From the NCBI GenBank assembly GCA_028534125.1, contig CM052817.1:51152001-51216000 (forward strand): 64,000 bases of DNA, written 5' to 3'. The notes below the pieces were generated by a model that was given only the letters and a program-made list of their open reading frames with translations, had not been told where the DNA came from and made no database searches. The position numbers were made by a program, and so were the translations under genes. This DNA comes from Lama glama. Its lineage: Eukaryota. Shown here one piece after another: positions 13,051-26,220 of this stretch; the stretch's first letter is position 1, and the number at the start of each line of letters is the position of its first letter.

Positions 13051-16000
13051 TCTATTCAAAGTAACATGTAGGTTGACACTGTAAATCCAAGTACAATTGG
13101 CATTTGATATGTTTGCTTCTCTGATTTCAATTTTCATTTAATATCACTAAAAATTAATTTTCCTTGAGTAAATTCAGCAGCAACTATGGTAATCTTTCCA
13201 AATAAGATGAATTGTATATTTAGTAATAAATTTCCTGATGCTGCATGTGATACTTAATCCTTTAGTTGAGACAAAGGAAAGTTACAAGAAAAAAGTAGAG
13301 TAAGGTTTATTCCACAGTATAATGAAGAAAATATTCAATGTGACAAAAACAAATAATACCTCTATATGAACATATACCATCCTCTAAAAAAGTTTTCAAA
13401 ACTCATCTGGTCCACAAAAGTGTATTACAGAATACAGGAATAAAAATAGTTATGGTGACTAAAAACTAATTGTATATTGATTCTGATTTACTCATTTTCA
13501 GACTGGTCCATTACTTTCATTTTGTCTAAGAATGCTTATTGATTTTGTTTATTATCTTTCCTTACATGTATTAGAATTTTAGTTTGCAAGTTCATTTAGT
13601 ACATTTTTAAACTTTTTTTTGTTGATCCCTTTGATCTATCAACACATTGTGATTGTGTGGAATTTTTCTTTTTTTTTTTAAATGAAGGCTTGTTACTCCC
13701 ATCCCATAGTGATATCGAACATACATACATTACAGGGCCAATCACCTTATCATGAAGCAATTTAGCTCAATTTCTACCTACAAGTTCTACCTCCAGCAGC
13801 CCCAGGCATAGGTTAGCTGCAGCTTTTTTTCCAGGTAAAGGACTCAGGACCCCTGGACAAGATCTTAATTTCATTCACAATAACTACATGTTATTTTTAT
13901 CATTACAGTTTTTGGCACTTGGAGCATTTTCCTCTTGTTTTTCTTCTTTCTTTCTTTTTCGTTTTTTGTTTTTTGTTTACTTACTGCGGAGATGCAGAGG
14001 GTGAGAGCATCTATTACACTGTTCTGTCCTCACTATGTTCATTGCTTTAGTTCATTTTCTTTCATGTATTGTAATAATATTGCAATAATATCACAATAAT
14101 TGCCTTTTGAGAAGATCTTCAGAGGTAGAAATGACATAACTTTAAGGCTGATAGAATGTAGTAGAAGCCTAGGTCAAAACGTGCATTTTGGAGAGGTAAA
14201 TGAGTGGGACCAGTGTTGATACAGAAATACAAAAGGAAAGGAAGTTAAAAAGCTTAGATAAGAAGTACAGTTTTGAACTGTTAAGTTCTGGGATCCTGTA
14301 GAGCATCCAGGAAGCTCTAGGTCTGACTTAGACACATCAGATCATGTGTCTGAAATAGCGCACAATGAAAAGAACGCTGAGCTGCACATCAGGACGCTTG
14401 CTTATTTGTTGTTGTTCTTATCCTTTGTTCTCTACTCATATTTGTTTTCTTTTTTTGTTTTTGATGTGTGTCTCTCTCTGCATGTATTTGTTTTTAATAT
14501 TAAGCAGGTTTTATTTGTCATGTAGGCTCTTTATATGTAGAAGCTGTTTTTATAGTAATATCAGCTTCATCATTATATTAGGTAATTGTAATAATCAACT
14601 CATCAAAGAATCTGTAGAGTCCTGCACAAAATTAAGGTGCAGAGTTCCATACAAAGCTAAGGAGTTATCATTAGGTGATTTAACCCCACATTTAATGAGA
14701 CTAGACCTCAATGATTTTTTTTTATTTTTAGACATTCATAATTGGCATACTTCAGCAGTGTTACTTAAAAATAATCTAAAGCATAGTGTTAATTCTTTCT
14801 GCATATTACAGGTCTTCTAGACTACTGTGTCACTTTATAAAAATTATTTTATTTTTTCCACAGAATTCCATTTAATTTCTAAGAACCCTTTTGTATCTTA
14901 AAATCTGGACAACCTGTTTGTCTTTTAAAAAAATTTTTATAGGCTAAATATATCCACTTCCAAAAAAGAAAAATAATCCTTAGCACAAAAGTTAATCAAG
15001 TGGTCAATTAATTTACAATAGATTAAAAAAAACTCAAAATATTAAGCAAAAATCACTTTTGAAATTAAAACTTTAAAAAAATATATGAGGGTGCTATATT
15101 TTATTATTTGAAAGAATGTTTTAGGAAATAGAGACCATGACTAGAGATTATAATACTTAATCTTAAATTATGTGTTATAATACTTGAGAAATTTCCTATG
15201 ATACAAATTATCATGGTACGAGTTCTCTCAAGTTTATTTTTAGAAATTTGCTTTTCCATAACTGTATCCTTTGTTTCTGAGAGATTCCGCCATAAACACT
15301 CAGAATCACATCCCTCATGTCCACTTTATTTCTCTCTCTGCTGATGATAACCATCTGCCATTGGCTGATTCTCTGCATCCTCCACCTCAGGCCAGAGTTG
15401 CTCCTACCCTCTGACTTCAAAGAATTGGAGCAGTGCTCTCCAAAGCTTCCATTATTAATCTCTTATTTGTCTAAGGAATCCATCCAAAGTTTCATCCTCC
15501 AATCCTACATCAAGGTCTTCCCAAAATAACTAATAATGTTATTTTCCTTTTGGGGTCTCTTGACCCCTTCCATGGATGTATGATCTAGGTTGATCTTTAT
15601 GTGAGAGTTCAATGTCAGTACTTTTTCCACAAAACCTGTGTTCATCAGTAGTAATTCTGGTACATTTATCAAATATTTATTATTTTATAATCTAGGGACT
15701 ACTGACCAGAGGAAAAAGTTGAGGCTCTAAGCTGAATGTATGCCTTGCATATGGAAAATTTCAAAGGGAGGGTGGTTGCCTCCATGGAAAGTCAGGGCCC
15801 TATTCTCCCTTTACTAGTTTTCACATTTTACTAAAACTGGTGATAGAAGAGAAGCAGCAGAGGCTAAGGCATATGGAAACACTTATAAAACCGACCCTGC
15901 CAGGCTGAAGTGAACCCAGGTGATGACAGTGAGTGCATATTTCTCTAATTAGGCCTACTTCTGTTCACTCTCGTACTTAAAGTTATTTTATCCTTTACAT

Positions 16001-16069
16001 CAATAGGCTATTTACGTCCCTTCCTTTCATGGGTGTATTCACATAAATACATTCTCCAGCAATGATTTC

Positions 16070-16485
16070 TAGTGCTTCATAAAATACATGTCCTTTTCTT
16101 CAAGGTGCACAGCCATGCTGTATTTCCCAGGTTGCACTGCAGGTGTGGCCTTGTGACTGAATCCAGGCCAATGCATTTGAGAAGAAATAGTAAGTGCTGC
16201 TTCCACAGTGGAACATAAAAAATCTCCCATGCATTCTCACTCTCCCTCCTTCCTCTTTCCACAACTGAAAGCTGACATGACAACGTATGCTTGATTATGC
16301 AGATAAGAACAGGCTGATAGAGGAAACCAATGCTAAAGATGGCAAAATGTCTAACAAACTGAGTACCTGAAAGATTTTGTGAGTAGACCCCGGTGCCCTG
16401 CCCACCTGCACAGATGTTCTGTAATAAGCCACTGAAATTTTGGTCTGTATTTGCTACCCTGTAGCCTAAACTATACAAACTAATG
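16070..16485 (+). mobile_element. Old MaLR LTR (MLT1-type)
   Basis: tatttcccagg...tgcaggtgtggccttgtgactgaatccaggccaatg near the start and taagccactgaaattttgg...actaatgca at the end resemble old MLT1 LTRs. Confidence 0.6.
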
Positions 16486-17464
16486 CAGTATCTGTGAGAT
16501 TCTTGGAAATTGGTGATTTATAAATTGTGACTACTTAGGATTTTATATTCTTTACCTCTTCAATCTTCAAAGTTTTGTGATTTTGTGAAGAACTGTGATT
16601 AGCTGATTGTTTCTCCTGTCTCAATGATTGTTTTACCACAGAGTAACACAGCTATTTAATTGGTAGGAATTTCAACTCAAATCACAAATACAACAAATGG
16701 ACAACGGCTACTGAATATCTGAAAATTAAGCCTTTTCCTTTGGGGGAAAAGGGCCTGCTTTATGCTCAATTATCTAATTAATGGCCGCAAATCACCTCTG
16801 CTTGAAATGGCTACACTAGGAAGAAGCCACTGTATATTAAGATGTAAAACATAGATAATTTCATTTTATTGTAGTTCTCAACGATCCCCTGAGATCTGAT
16901 TAAGTAATCATATAGACCTCAGCACTGCTTGTTCAATAGCATTTGAGATACTTTATCACATAGAAGCTAATAATTTATTATTATTCAATCTTCATTTATC
17001 AAATAGTCAGTGTAAAGGGAGTAACATATTGTAAAAGACTTTTTCATGAACCATTCAGAAAGTAAGCAAATTGGAGTTATTTACCTGTTGAGTGATGGTG
17101 GACACAGATACAGTTCTGAAACGGCTAATAGATCCTTGTGGTGGTCTCTGACATTCAGATCAGGCGTGATGGACACCTGTTTCTTAAAGTTCTGCCTTAA
17201 TACTGTCATATATGTATGTGTGTGTGTCTGTTTTAGATTAAATGAATGCCTTTATATTACACATAAGATGGCTAAATGTTACCCTTAAGTTTCCAAGTGG
17301 CTTTAGATATTTCATTTATCACTTCTGTAGAATTTTTGTCTTCATAAATTGTTTATATTGCAATGAAGGATAAAACATTAATGTGTGGAATGGATACATT
17401 GTTTAAGTGCATTTTTATTTTAAAATCTCTATATTGTGTCTTTCTGTGTCATACATGATAATAG

Positions 17465-17680
17465 TAACAGTTAATACATTTGAGGGCTTACCTATTTGCC
17501 ATGTGCTGCTACAGTGCAATACATATGTTAATTTATATAACACTCTCAGTGGCTACAAGAGTTTACCATTTTGAAAATTAGGAAATGGGCTTTTAGAGAG
17601 GTTTAAATATCTTGCTTGAGGTCACAGAGCTAGAAGTAACGGATGTGATTTGAGCCCAGTTGGTCCATTTCAAGAATACG
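17465..17680 (-). mobile_element. MIR SINE remnant
   Basis: ccattttgaaaattaggaaatgggcttttagagaggtttaaatatcttgcttgaggtcacagagctagaagt...gatttgagcccag is the antisense MIR core. Confidence 0.7.
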
Positions 17681-19900
17681 GGATGCATATTGCCTGCATT
17701 TTTACTTATAAGCATCTAAGTAAGCTCTGAGATATATTTTAGGTGTTTTTCCCAATATTTATTCAAAATTGTAAAAAGGCCAAAGTAAACATAAAACCAG
17801 CTTTATTTTACTGCATGAGTATTTTACTTGAAAATGTATAGAGGAGATTATAGATGATTAACTGCATTTGAAGAAGCTTAAATTAAGAATATTGTTCACT
17901 CATCTCAAACCTACGGTCAAAATCAAATGCAAGTACTGGAAGCCATGAGAGTTCTAGGATATCTGTTCTAAAAAAAACTGGGTAGGCTATTTTTCACAAA
18001 TCAGTGTAAAAGCAGTCTTGATCCTGATTGTTTTCTCCTCATTTCCTTGATCCTTACATCTTTTTAAGAGTACAGGTTGTTTTTGTTCTTATTTTGACAT
18101 ATCAATCAGACTTAGGTTCATTTCTTGTTCTCTCAATGCTTTTGACACATGGCATGCTATAAAAAGTCTTGACTTCTTTTTTCTTTTGGTAATAATAGCT
18201 AGTAATTCTAAACGGTAATAGTAATAATTTTCACTTCATGAAGTATAGAGGGATTAAATAAGCCTTTCAGGTACGTTACATTGCATACGATCAGGAACAA
18301 AACAGAAGCACAGATAAATGATATTTAATAACAATAACAACAACAACAACAACAATGTGAAATTGTACAGAAATGTTCAGTTGTATCTTCTTATGGTTTA
18401 ACTTTAAAAATAAATCACTAAAACTAAAATAACAAAATTTAAATTACCAGCATGGCTTTTACGAACTACAACTGAAAAGCAGAATAATTGGCCTTGAGTG
18501 AGAAATACAACCCCTAGTGCCCAATGAAGACTGGCTATGATATTTCCTACTGAGCCTCCATTACAAGAGACAGCAAAAGATAGAAGTGCTGCAGTACAGA
18601 TTACCACCGTACCTACTGAAGAGGAAAAAAGATACTAGGTCTGAGTAAATATAGTAGACAGTGGTTGCTGAGCTCGCCAAGAGTCCCTGAGAAATGTTCT
18701 CTTTAGAAGACAGCACAACAGAAGACAAGGAAGCCTTTCCTAAAGCATTCTGTAGTCCTCTTTGAAATCTCTTAGTCTGAAAGTAAAGAAACATTCCAGA
18801 ACCCATTCTGCTAACCACAGTGTGAAGTCATCAACCATATTAGGAATAGTTTGGAATGTTCTATAGTACATAATTATGACACAGTCATAAGATTTTTTTT
18901 TCAGTTAGATTTATGTCAAACTATTGCTCTGGAAAGATCAATTTACCCACACTCAATTCACAACTATTGATATTTATTCAGCCTTAATTTTATTTGATAT
19001 GCCCATATTACTCTCCCTCAAATGAATTAAAAAACTCTCATTCCCGTAATATTTTCTTTCAGTCATTTCATAAATTTTTCTATTACACTGTTAATGATTG
19101 GGTAAACTATGTGATCTTTTCTTTTGCCTGACATGAAAACAATATTTATACATCACCTCTTCTGGGATTTAATTAAATCAACTTTGAACCACTTAAGAAT
19201 ATTATTAAATGTTAAATAGACATAACTCATTCCTGTTATTTGTGCTGGCAAACTATACTCATTTTGTTGAGAGTATGAGCATCTTAACTCCATGCTCATT
19301 TATCTCAATTTTCTATTGGAAATAAAAATAAATACTGGATGTGCATTTGTACCCTGTTTCAATACAATCCTCAGAAAGACCTCTGGAGATTTCTAGATAA
19401 TGCCACCCATTCTATTGGTCCTGTGTTTCCTCTCTTTTCTCAGATCTCTCTCATTTTACTTTTGTAGATACCACATAGAGTTATTTTGGGACATATTTCC
19501 ATATTCATTTTGCTCAATGAACATTATTTTCTTATTTTAATCATCCAAATATTAGTATTTATTCTCTGGCACTCAATTTTGGTATACTTGACCTTCTATT
19601 TATAAAACGAGACTGATCTGTAGTATCTGTTGGCTATGTTTTTACCAAAAATCATACTTCCTTTATAAGTCCCAAGTATTTGTTCCACCCAAATCTCTTA
19701 TGTTTTCAAAACTATACTGAAATTGCTTTTCCTTACCTGAAAACCTGTGTAAACATAATCTGAAATAAAACAGGCAGAAGAAAAAATAAAAATCAAGTTT
19801 TCTATTTCAATAGTTTAATATATTCTTGTCTTATATGTCTATTTCTATCTTTTCAAAGTAGTTTTTACCTCAACTTCATTTGGGCTTTAGAAGGAATGGA

Positions 19901-20533
19901 TTCTGGGCATATATCAGGGGAAACTATAATTTGAAAAGATACATGCACCATAGTGTTCATAGCAGCACTATTTACAATAGCCAAGATAAGAAAACAACCT
20001 AAATTTTCACTGACAGATGACTTGATAAAGAATATGTGGTATATACATACAATGGAATATTACTCAGCCATAAAAAAGAAGAAATAATGCCATTTGCAGC
20101 AACATGAATGGACCTAGATATTATCATATTCAGTGAAGTAAGTCAGACAAAGAAAGATAAATATCATATAATATCACTTAAATGTGGAATCTAAAAAAAA
20201 AGATACAAATCCTACTTACAAACCCAAAACAGACTCACGGACACAGAAAATAAACTATGGTTACCAAAGGGAAAAGGGACTAGGGGAGGGATAAATTATG
20301 AGTTTGATATTAACATATACACACTACTATATATAAAACAGATAAACGACAAGGACCTACAGTATAGCACAGGGAACTATATTCAGTTTTTGCAATAACA
20401 TGCAATGGAAAAGAATCTGAAAAGTAGATATATATGTGTGAGTATATGTATAACTGCATTGCTTTGCTGTATACGTGAAAGTAACACTGTAAATCAATTA
20501 TACTTCAATAAAAAATAAAATTAAAAGAACAAA
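19901..20533 (+). mobile_element. 5'-truncated L1 (ORF2 C-terminus + 3' UTR), older cetartiodactyl-type
   Basis: gatacatgcacca...atagcagcactatttacaatagccaag; ctgtatagcacagggaac-type 3' UTR; AATAAA and A-rich tail; degenerate TSD agaaggaatgga (19889-19900) / agaagatgga (20534-20543). Confidence 0.92.
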
Positions 20534-21710
20534 AGAAGATGGAGTGGGAAACATCTGAATATAGTTCTTCTACTCACTAAAATTAACGTTATCTTAGTTT
20601 CTTAGAAGAAAGAGTGAAAAATAAAAATATGGATAGTTTGTATTATAAAGGACTAAATATGTCCCAAATTGTTGATCTTTTCCAACATTGTTCTAATGGA
20701 TAATTTCATCATTCCTCATTTTGGCTAGAGCACTGTTAATGAATGAAATTGTTGTTACTGGTCTTTTCTTCAACATTTCCTTCAAATTGACATCAAAATG
20801 CTCGTTATAAAATACAACTACCTTTTGTAACCTAGTGTTCCATGTAAATAGATGTTATTAGAAAATAAACTGTTCTATGATTCAATATTTGAAAAATACT
20901 GACTAAATACGTAAAACTGGTGAGATTTAGATTTTTTTTATAATAGCTACCCCGAAAGAGTTATGTAACACGTAGCATTTCCCTAACGTAATTGATCATG
21001 GTACACTTTCACTTAGCATCATGGCGAGCTAGCATAATGAAGTACATACGATGAGGATTTTTGGAAACATAGCACCATAAATTTCTAAGGATTTGGCCTC
21101 TTCATAGCTCTTCAGAGAGCTAAATTTGTTTGTTTTTCCTTTCTTTACTTATTTCCTTTTTTTTTTTACTTTACACATCACTCACTAGAAAGATTTACAC
21201 AATTATACAATTGAAGTACCTTCCCTAGCCCATGATCTTTTGCAGTTTTTTCTAAGTTTTGATTTCTATGTCCTCTCTGCTCTGAATAACTGCCTCTCTT
21301 TCCAGATAGTACTCCTTGAAGGTATTGATGAATGATTTTTCTTCCATCTTTTATGTCTGATACCTTACACAGCATCTGGCACAAATTTGACATGCAATAA
21401 ATATTTATTGTATGTCAATAAATGCATGTGTAGCTGCTAATACATACAAACTGCAGATGGCCAGTAACTGCCCTCATTTTCTCTATTCTTTCACATCAAG
21501 CTTTCTTTTGTATGAGCAGCTAGAGTCCACTATGATTTCACATTAATGAAAAAAGCCTCAAAATTATTATGAAATACCAAATTCCAAGGGTTAACAGGGC
21601 AAAAAACAATGCTTACTTTCTTCTTCCCATTACAAAAGCTGTAACAAAACAACTTAGTTAAGTTTATAATAACCTATTTTTATTTGTCAAACATTCAAAA
21701 TTGATTCTGT

Positions 21711-22010
21711 CTCACCAAAGTGGGTATAGAGGGAACATATCTCAACATAATAAAAGCTATATATGACAAACCTACAGCCAGCATAGTACTCAACGGTGAA
21801 AAACCCAAAAGCTTCCCACTAAAATCTGGGACAAGACAAGGCTGCCCACTATCACCACTCCTATTCAACAGTCTTGGAAGTCCTAGCCACAGCAATCAGG
21901 CAAGAGAGAGAAATAAAAGGGATCCAAATTGGAAAAGAAGAGGTAAAAGTGTCACTATATGCAGATGACATGATACTATGTATAGAAAACCCTAAAAGGT
22001 CCACACAAAA
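21711..22010 (+). mobile_element. Internal L1 ORF2 RT fragment with 15-bp TSD and no poly-A
   Basis: Encodes [19 protein letters not shown]...[15 protein letters not shown] and, after a frameshift, SLYADDMIL. Flanked by caaaattgattctgt at 21696-21710 and 22006-22020. Confidence 0.95.
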
Positions 22011-22119
22011 TTGATTCTGTTCTTTAAGTTTAACTTGTATTATAGAATCAAGGTGATTCTGTTTTCTTATTCATTAGCCTTTTTGAAGAGTAGAACTAAG
22101 TTGCCCATATTTCTTTGTA

Positions 22120-22510
22120 CTGATTAAGAATGTATTTGGCTGCAAAGAATTAATATCACATCCAACATTAACTGATGCTCTGGCCTTTCCCATATGGTCA
22201 TAATATGGCTCCTGCATATCCAGTCATTATCCTATCTTCAAAGCAGGAAGAAAGAAAGTAGACTCCACTGGTATCCACACACTTTTTAGAGAAAATAAAA
22301 TGTTTTTTCAGAAGCCAGATGTTTTCCTAGTTCCCCAAAGTTCCCCAGAGTGAGCTTCTGTTTAGTCACATTAGCCTGATCTGTACCATATGTCCAACCT
22401 TAGCTGCAACTGAAGTTGGGGAAATGTGAAACAGAGTTTTCCTCTTTGACTTCCATTAAGATCCATCCCTTAGAACCAGTCATACTGCAAAAGCAGAGTT
22501 GTGCTAATAA
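22120..22510 (-). mobile_element. Old MaLR LTR (MLT1-type) remnant
   Basis: aagaatgtatttggctgcaaag...catatggtcataatatggctcctgca...ccttagctgcaactgaagttggggaaatgtg resemble antisense old MLT1. Confidence 0.5.
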
Positions 22511-22637
22511 GGTAGAAGAGGGTGTTGCTTTCTTGCTAGCCTTGGAAATGTTTATTTTTCTTCAATATTATTTAATATGAAAAATATATATAACTTAATT
22601 TTTGAAGCAGAAATGGATATTTCACTAAGAACCCACT

Positions 22638-24646
22638 GCATGATACTATATACAGAAAAACCCTAAAGACTTCACAAAAATCTACTAGAGCTAGGAAATG
22701 AAATCAGCAAGGTAGCAGGATACAAGATTAACATAGAGAAATCTGTTGCATTTTTTACACTAACTAATGAAATTTCAGAAAAGAAAAGTAAAAAAAAAAA
22801 ATCCCTTTTAAAATTGCATCAAAAAACAAAAACAAAAACAAAAACAAAGTATTTAGGAATAAACCTGACCAAGGAAGTAAAAGACTTACACATGGAGAAC
22901 TATAAAACATTGATTATGGAAATTAAAGATAATTAAAAGAAATTAAATGATACCCCATACTCGTGGATTGGAAGAATTAATATTGCCTGAAATGGCCAGA
23001 CTACCCAAAGCAATCTATAGATTGAATGTGATCCCTATCAAATTACCCAGGATATTTTCTGCAGAACTAGAACAAACAATCCTAAAATTTATATGGAATC
23101 ACAAAGGACCCAGAATTGCCAAAGCAATACTGAAGAAAAAGAACAAAGCTGAAGAAATAATCCTCCCAGACTTCAGACAATATTACAGAGCTACAGTAAT
23201 CAAAATAGCATGGTATTGGCACAAAAACAGACATATGGATCAATGGAACAGAATAGAGAGCCCAGAAATAAGCTCACACACCTATAGTCAATTAATCTTT
23301 GACAAAGAAGGCAAGAATATACAACAGAGAAAAGACAGTCTCTTAGGTAAATGATGTTGGGAAAGCTGGACAGCCGCATGTAAATCAATGAAGTTAGAAC
23401 ACTCCCTCACACTATACACAAGAATAAACTCAAAATGGCTTAAAGACTTAAACATAAGACAAGACACTATAAACCTATAAGAAAACATAAGCAAAATATT
23501 TTCTGACATAAATCTTAGCAATAGTCTTCTAGGCAGTCTATCCAGGTAATAGAAATTAAGCAAAAATAAACAAATGGGACCTAATTAAACTTACAAGCTT
23601 TTGCACAGCAAAGAAACTATAAGCATAACATAAAGACAACCTAAGGAATGGGAGAAAATATCTGCAAATAATGTGACTGGCAAGGACTTAATTTCTAGAA
23701 TATGCAAACAGTTCATACAACTCAATAACAGAAAAACACACAACCCAATCCAAAAATGGGCAGAACACATAAATAAACATTTCTCCAATGAAGATATACA
23801 AATGGCCAAAAGGCACATGAAAAATGCTCAAAATCATTAATTATTAGAGAAATGCAAATCAAAACTGCAATAAGGTATCACCTCACAACAGACAGAATGG
23901 CCATAATTAAAAAGCCCACAAATGATAAATGCTGGAGAGGCTGTGGAGAAAGGGGAACCCTCCTACACTGCTGGTGGGAATGTAGCTTGGCACTGCCATT
24001 ATGGAAAATGGTTTCTTAGATTCCTCATAAAACTAAAAATAGACTTACCTTATGACCCAGCAATCCCACTCCTGAGCATATATCTGAAAGAAACTCTAAT
24101 TCAAAAAGATACCTGCACCCCAATGCTCATAGCAGCACTATTTACAATAGCTAAGACATGGAAGCAACCTAAATATCCATTGACAGATTTATACAATGGA
24201 ATACTACTCAGCCATAAAAATGCCATTAGTAGCAACACGGATGGACTTGGAAATCATCATACTAAGTTAAGTAAGCCAGAAAGAGAAAGAAAAATACCAT
24301 ACGACATCACTTAAATGTGGAATCTGAAAAAAATGAGACAATTGAACCTATTTACAAAACAAAAACAGACTCATAAACATAGAAAACAAAATTGTGGTTA
24401 CCAGTGGAGAGAGAGGAGGACGGAGCGATAACTGGGAGTTTGGGATTTGCAGATACAAAATACTATATACAAAATAGATAAACTACAATGCCCTACTGTA
24501 TAGCACAGGGAACTGTATTCAATACCTTGTAATAACCTATAATGAAAAAGAATATGAAAAGGAATATATATATATAGCTGAATCAGTATGCTGCACACCA
24601 GATATTAACACAATGTAAACCGGTTATACTTTGATTTAAAAAAAAA
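22638..24646 (+). mobile_element. 5'-truncated L1, ~2.0 kb (ORF2 3' half + 3' UTR), inactive
   Basis: ORF-track peptides [16 protein letters not shown]...[19 protein letters not shown] and DLPYDPAIPLLSIY...[21 protein letters not shown] are L1 ORF2; stops and frameshifts; A-tail at ~24638-24646. Confidence 0.97.
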
Positions 24647-25684
24647 TCCAGTTGCATGCCTGGATTAAGGAAAATATATATTTATTTTCATGATGTGATT
24701 TCAAAAGATCTGTAATATAAACTCTAAGAGCAAGGAGGATTCGTCTACGTTTTCACCATTAAAAATAGGTTATAGTTTTATAAAAATGTATATTATTGAA
24801 ATTATCAGTCTTTGACTTGTGTAAAAGCTCTTTCTGGGAGATACCGGTGCCCTGAAGCACACAAAGGGAGAGCAAGATGGCAAAGACGAGCCTGCCAGCC
24901 TCTGACCTCGGAGAATGTTCCAGCAGGCTCCTAGATGTGTGTGTTAAATTAGATGTCTCTCACTCAGGCCAGTGCTTTAATATAAGCAGGTAAGCCTTCT
25001 TCACTTAAAGTCTGCATACAATTTGAAAGCTGGGAAAGGCCATTTTTAAAGAAGAAGAAAGGAGTTTTAATAGTGGGAAAATAGAGAAGTCCAGATGAAG
25101 CCACTGACCAGATGGGCTGTCACAAGGGAAGTCCCTCCTCTCTGGGGTTGCAGTGGGTACTGAAATGAAAAGAGACAAGAAAGGAGAGATAGGAAGAAAG
25201 GGAGTGCTTCACAAATGTAACTATTTCACACTTACCAAGGAACCCACCATGTCTTTTTCAAAGCACTTAAAAGGTTTATAGGTTTTAAAAGATACGTTCA
25301 TTTGGAAAATAGTATTAGTAGGTTGAATACAGTCATTCAGGCACATTTGATCATTGAGAGACAAACAAGTGATACTCTTTTAATTCCATTGATGTAGTTT
25401 TATTAATAGTTACAATATTTATGAATTTACTTGTATAATGTTTTCTCCCCAATTAAAATTAAGCTAATGGTCTCTCATGCTATGCCCAACAGTAATCCTA
25501 AATATGTTCCCTCAAATACGTATTTTTGAATTATTTGTATACTATTAACATAGCAAATATATTCAGATGAATTAATCAGACTCATCTGTGACTCATTTCT
25601 TTGTTAGGCTGCCAGCAGAAAAAGATATAAAATTCAATATAATCATCAGTTTCACTTTCTTGGAGCTATAGAACAATGAAAGAA

Positions 25685-25718
25685 TGTGTGTGTGTGTATG
25701 TGTGTGTGTGTGTGTGTA
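25685..25718. repeat. (TG)n microsatellite
   Basis: Read directly; interrupted by single TA units. Confidence 0.95.
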
Positions 25719-25719
25719 T

Positions 25720-26220
25720 GGTATTAGTATTCTATAGTTGCTATAACAAATGATCACAAATTTAGCAGCTTAAATAAAACAAATTTAATAAATCTTAAAA
25801 GTTCTGTAAATCAGACTCCACCAAGGGTCCCACTGGGCTAAAATCAAGGTGTCCACAGGGGATGTTTTCCCCCTTGAAGGCTCTAGGGAAAAATCCATTT
25901 CCTTCCTTCTTCCAGCTTCTAGAGAATGCCAGCATTCTCTGGTTTGTGGTCCCCTCCCTCCACCTTTAAAGCTAGTAGCAATGATGACTGTTTTTCTAAC
26001 ATTGCCTTATACTGACCTCTTCTTCTGACTCCCTTTTCACTTTTACAGACCCTTGTGACTGTGTTGGGCCCAGCCAGATAACCCAGGGTTATCTTTCTAT
26101 CTCAAAATCATTAATTCAGTTAGATTTGCATAGCCCCTTTTGCCATATAAAGTGACATATTCACAGGTTTCAGTTTAGCTTAGAGTGTGAGTGTTTCGGA
26201 GGGATCATTATTCTGCCATA
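25720..26220 (-). mobile_element. MaLR LTR (MLT1C/D-like)
   Basis: gtattagt...gttgctataacaaatgatcacaaatttagcagcttaa; aaaatcaaggtgtccacaggg; ends ggatcattattctgcca, the antisense of the MLT1 start. Confidence 0.8.

Noticed and set aside
14365..14820. 151-aa ORF
   Set aside because: T-rich low-complexity composition (F/L/C/S), no recognisable domain or supported splice structure.
21711..24646. Idea that the 21.7 kb fragment and the 22.6 kb L1 are one element split by an insertion
   Set aside because: They overlap by ~45 nt of consensus with different bases, the first has its own exact TSD, and the sequence between them is an older MLT1 remnant. They are independent insertions.
24830..25000. 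GC-richer patch with CpGs followed by CAG/gtaagc, a possible exon or promoter
   Set aside because: Resembles an antisense L1 5' UTR fragment; too short for a CpG island and no supported acceptor or frame.
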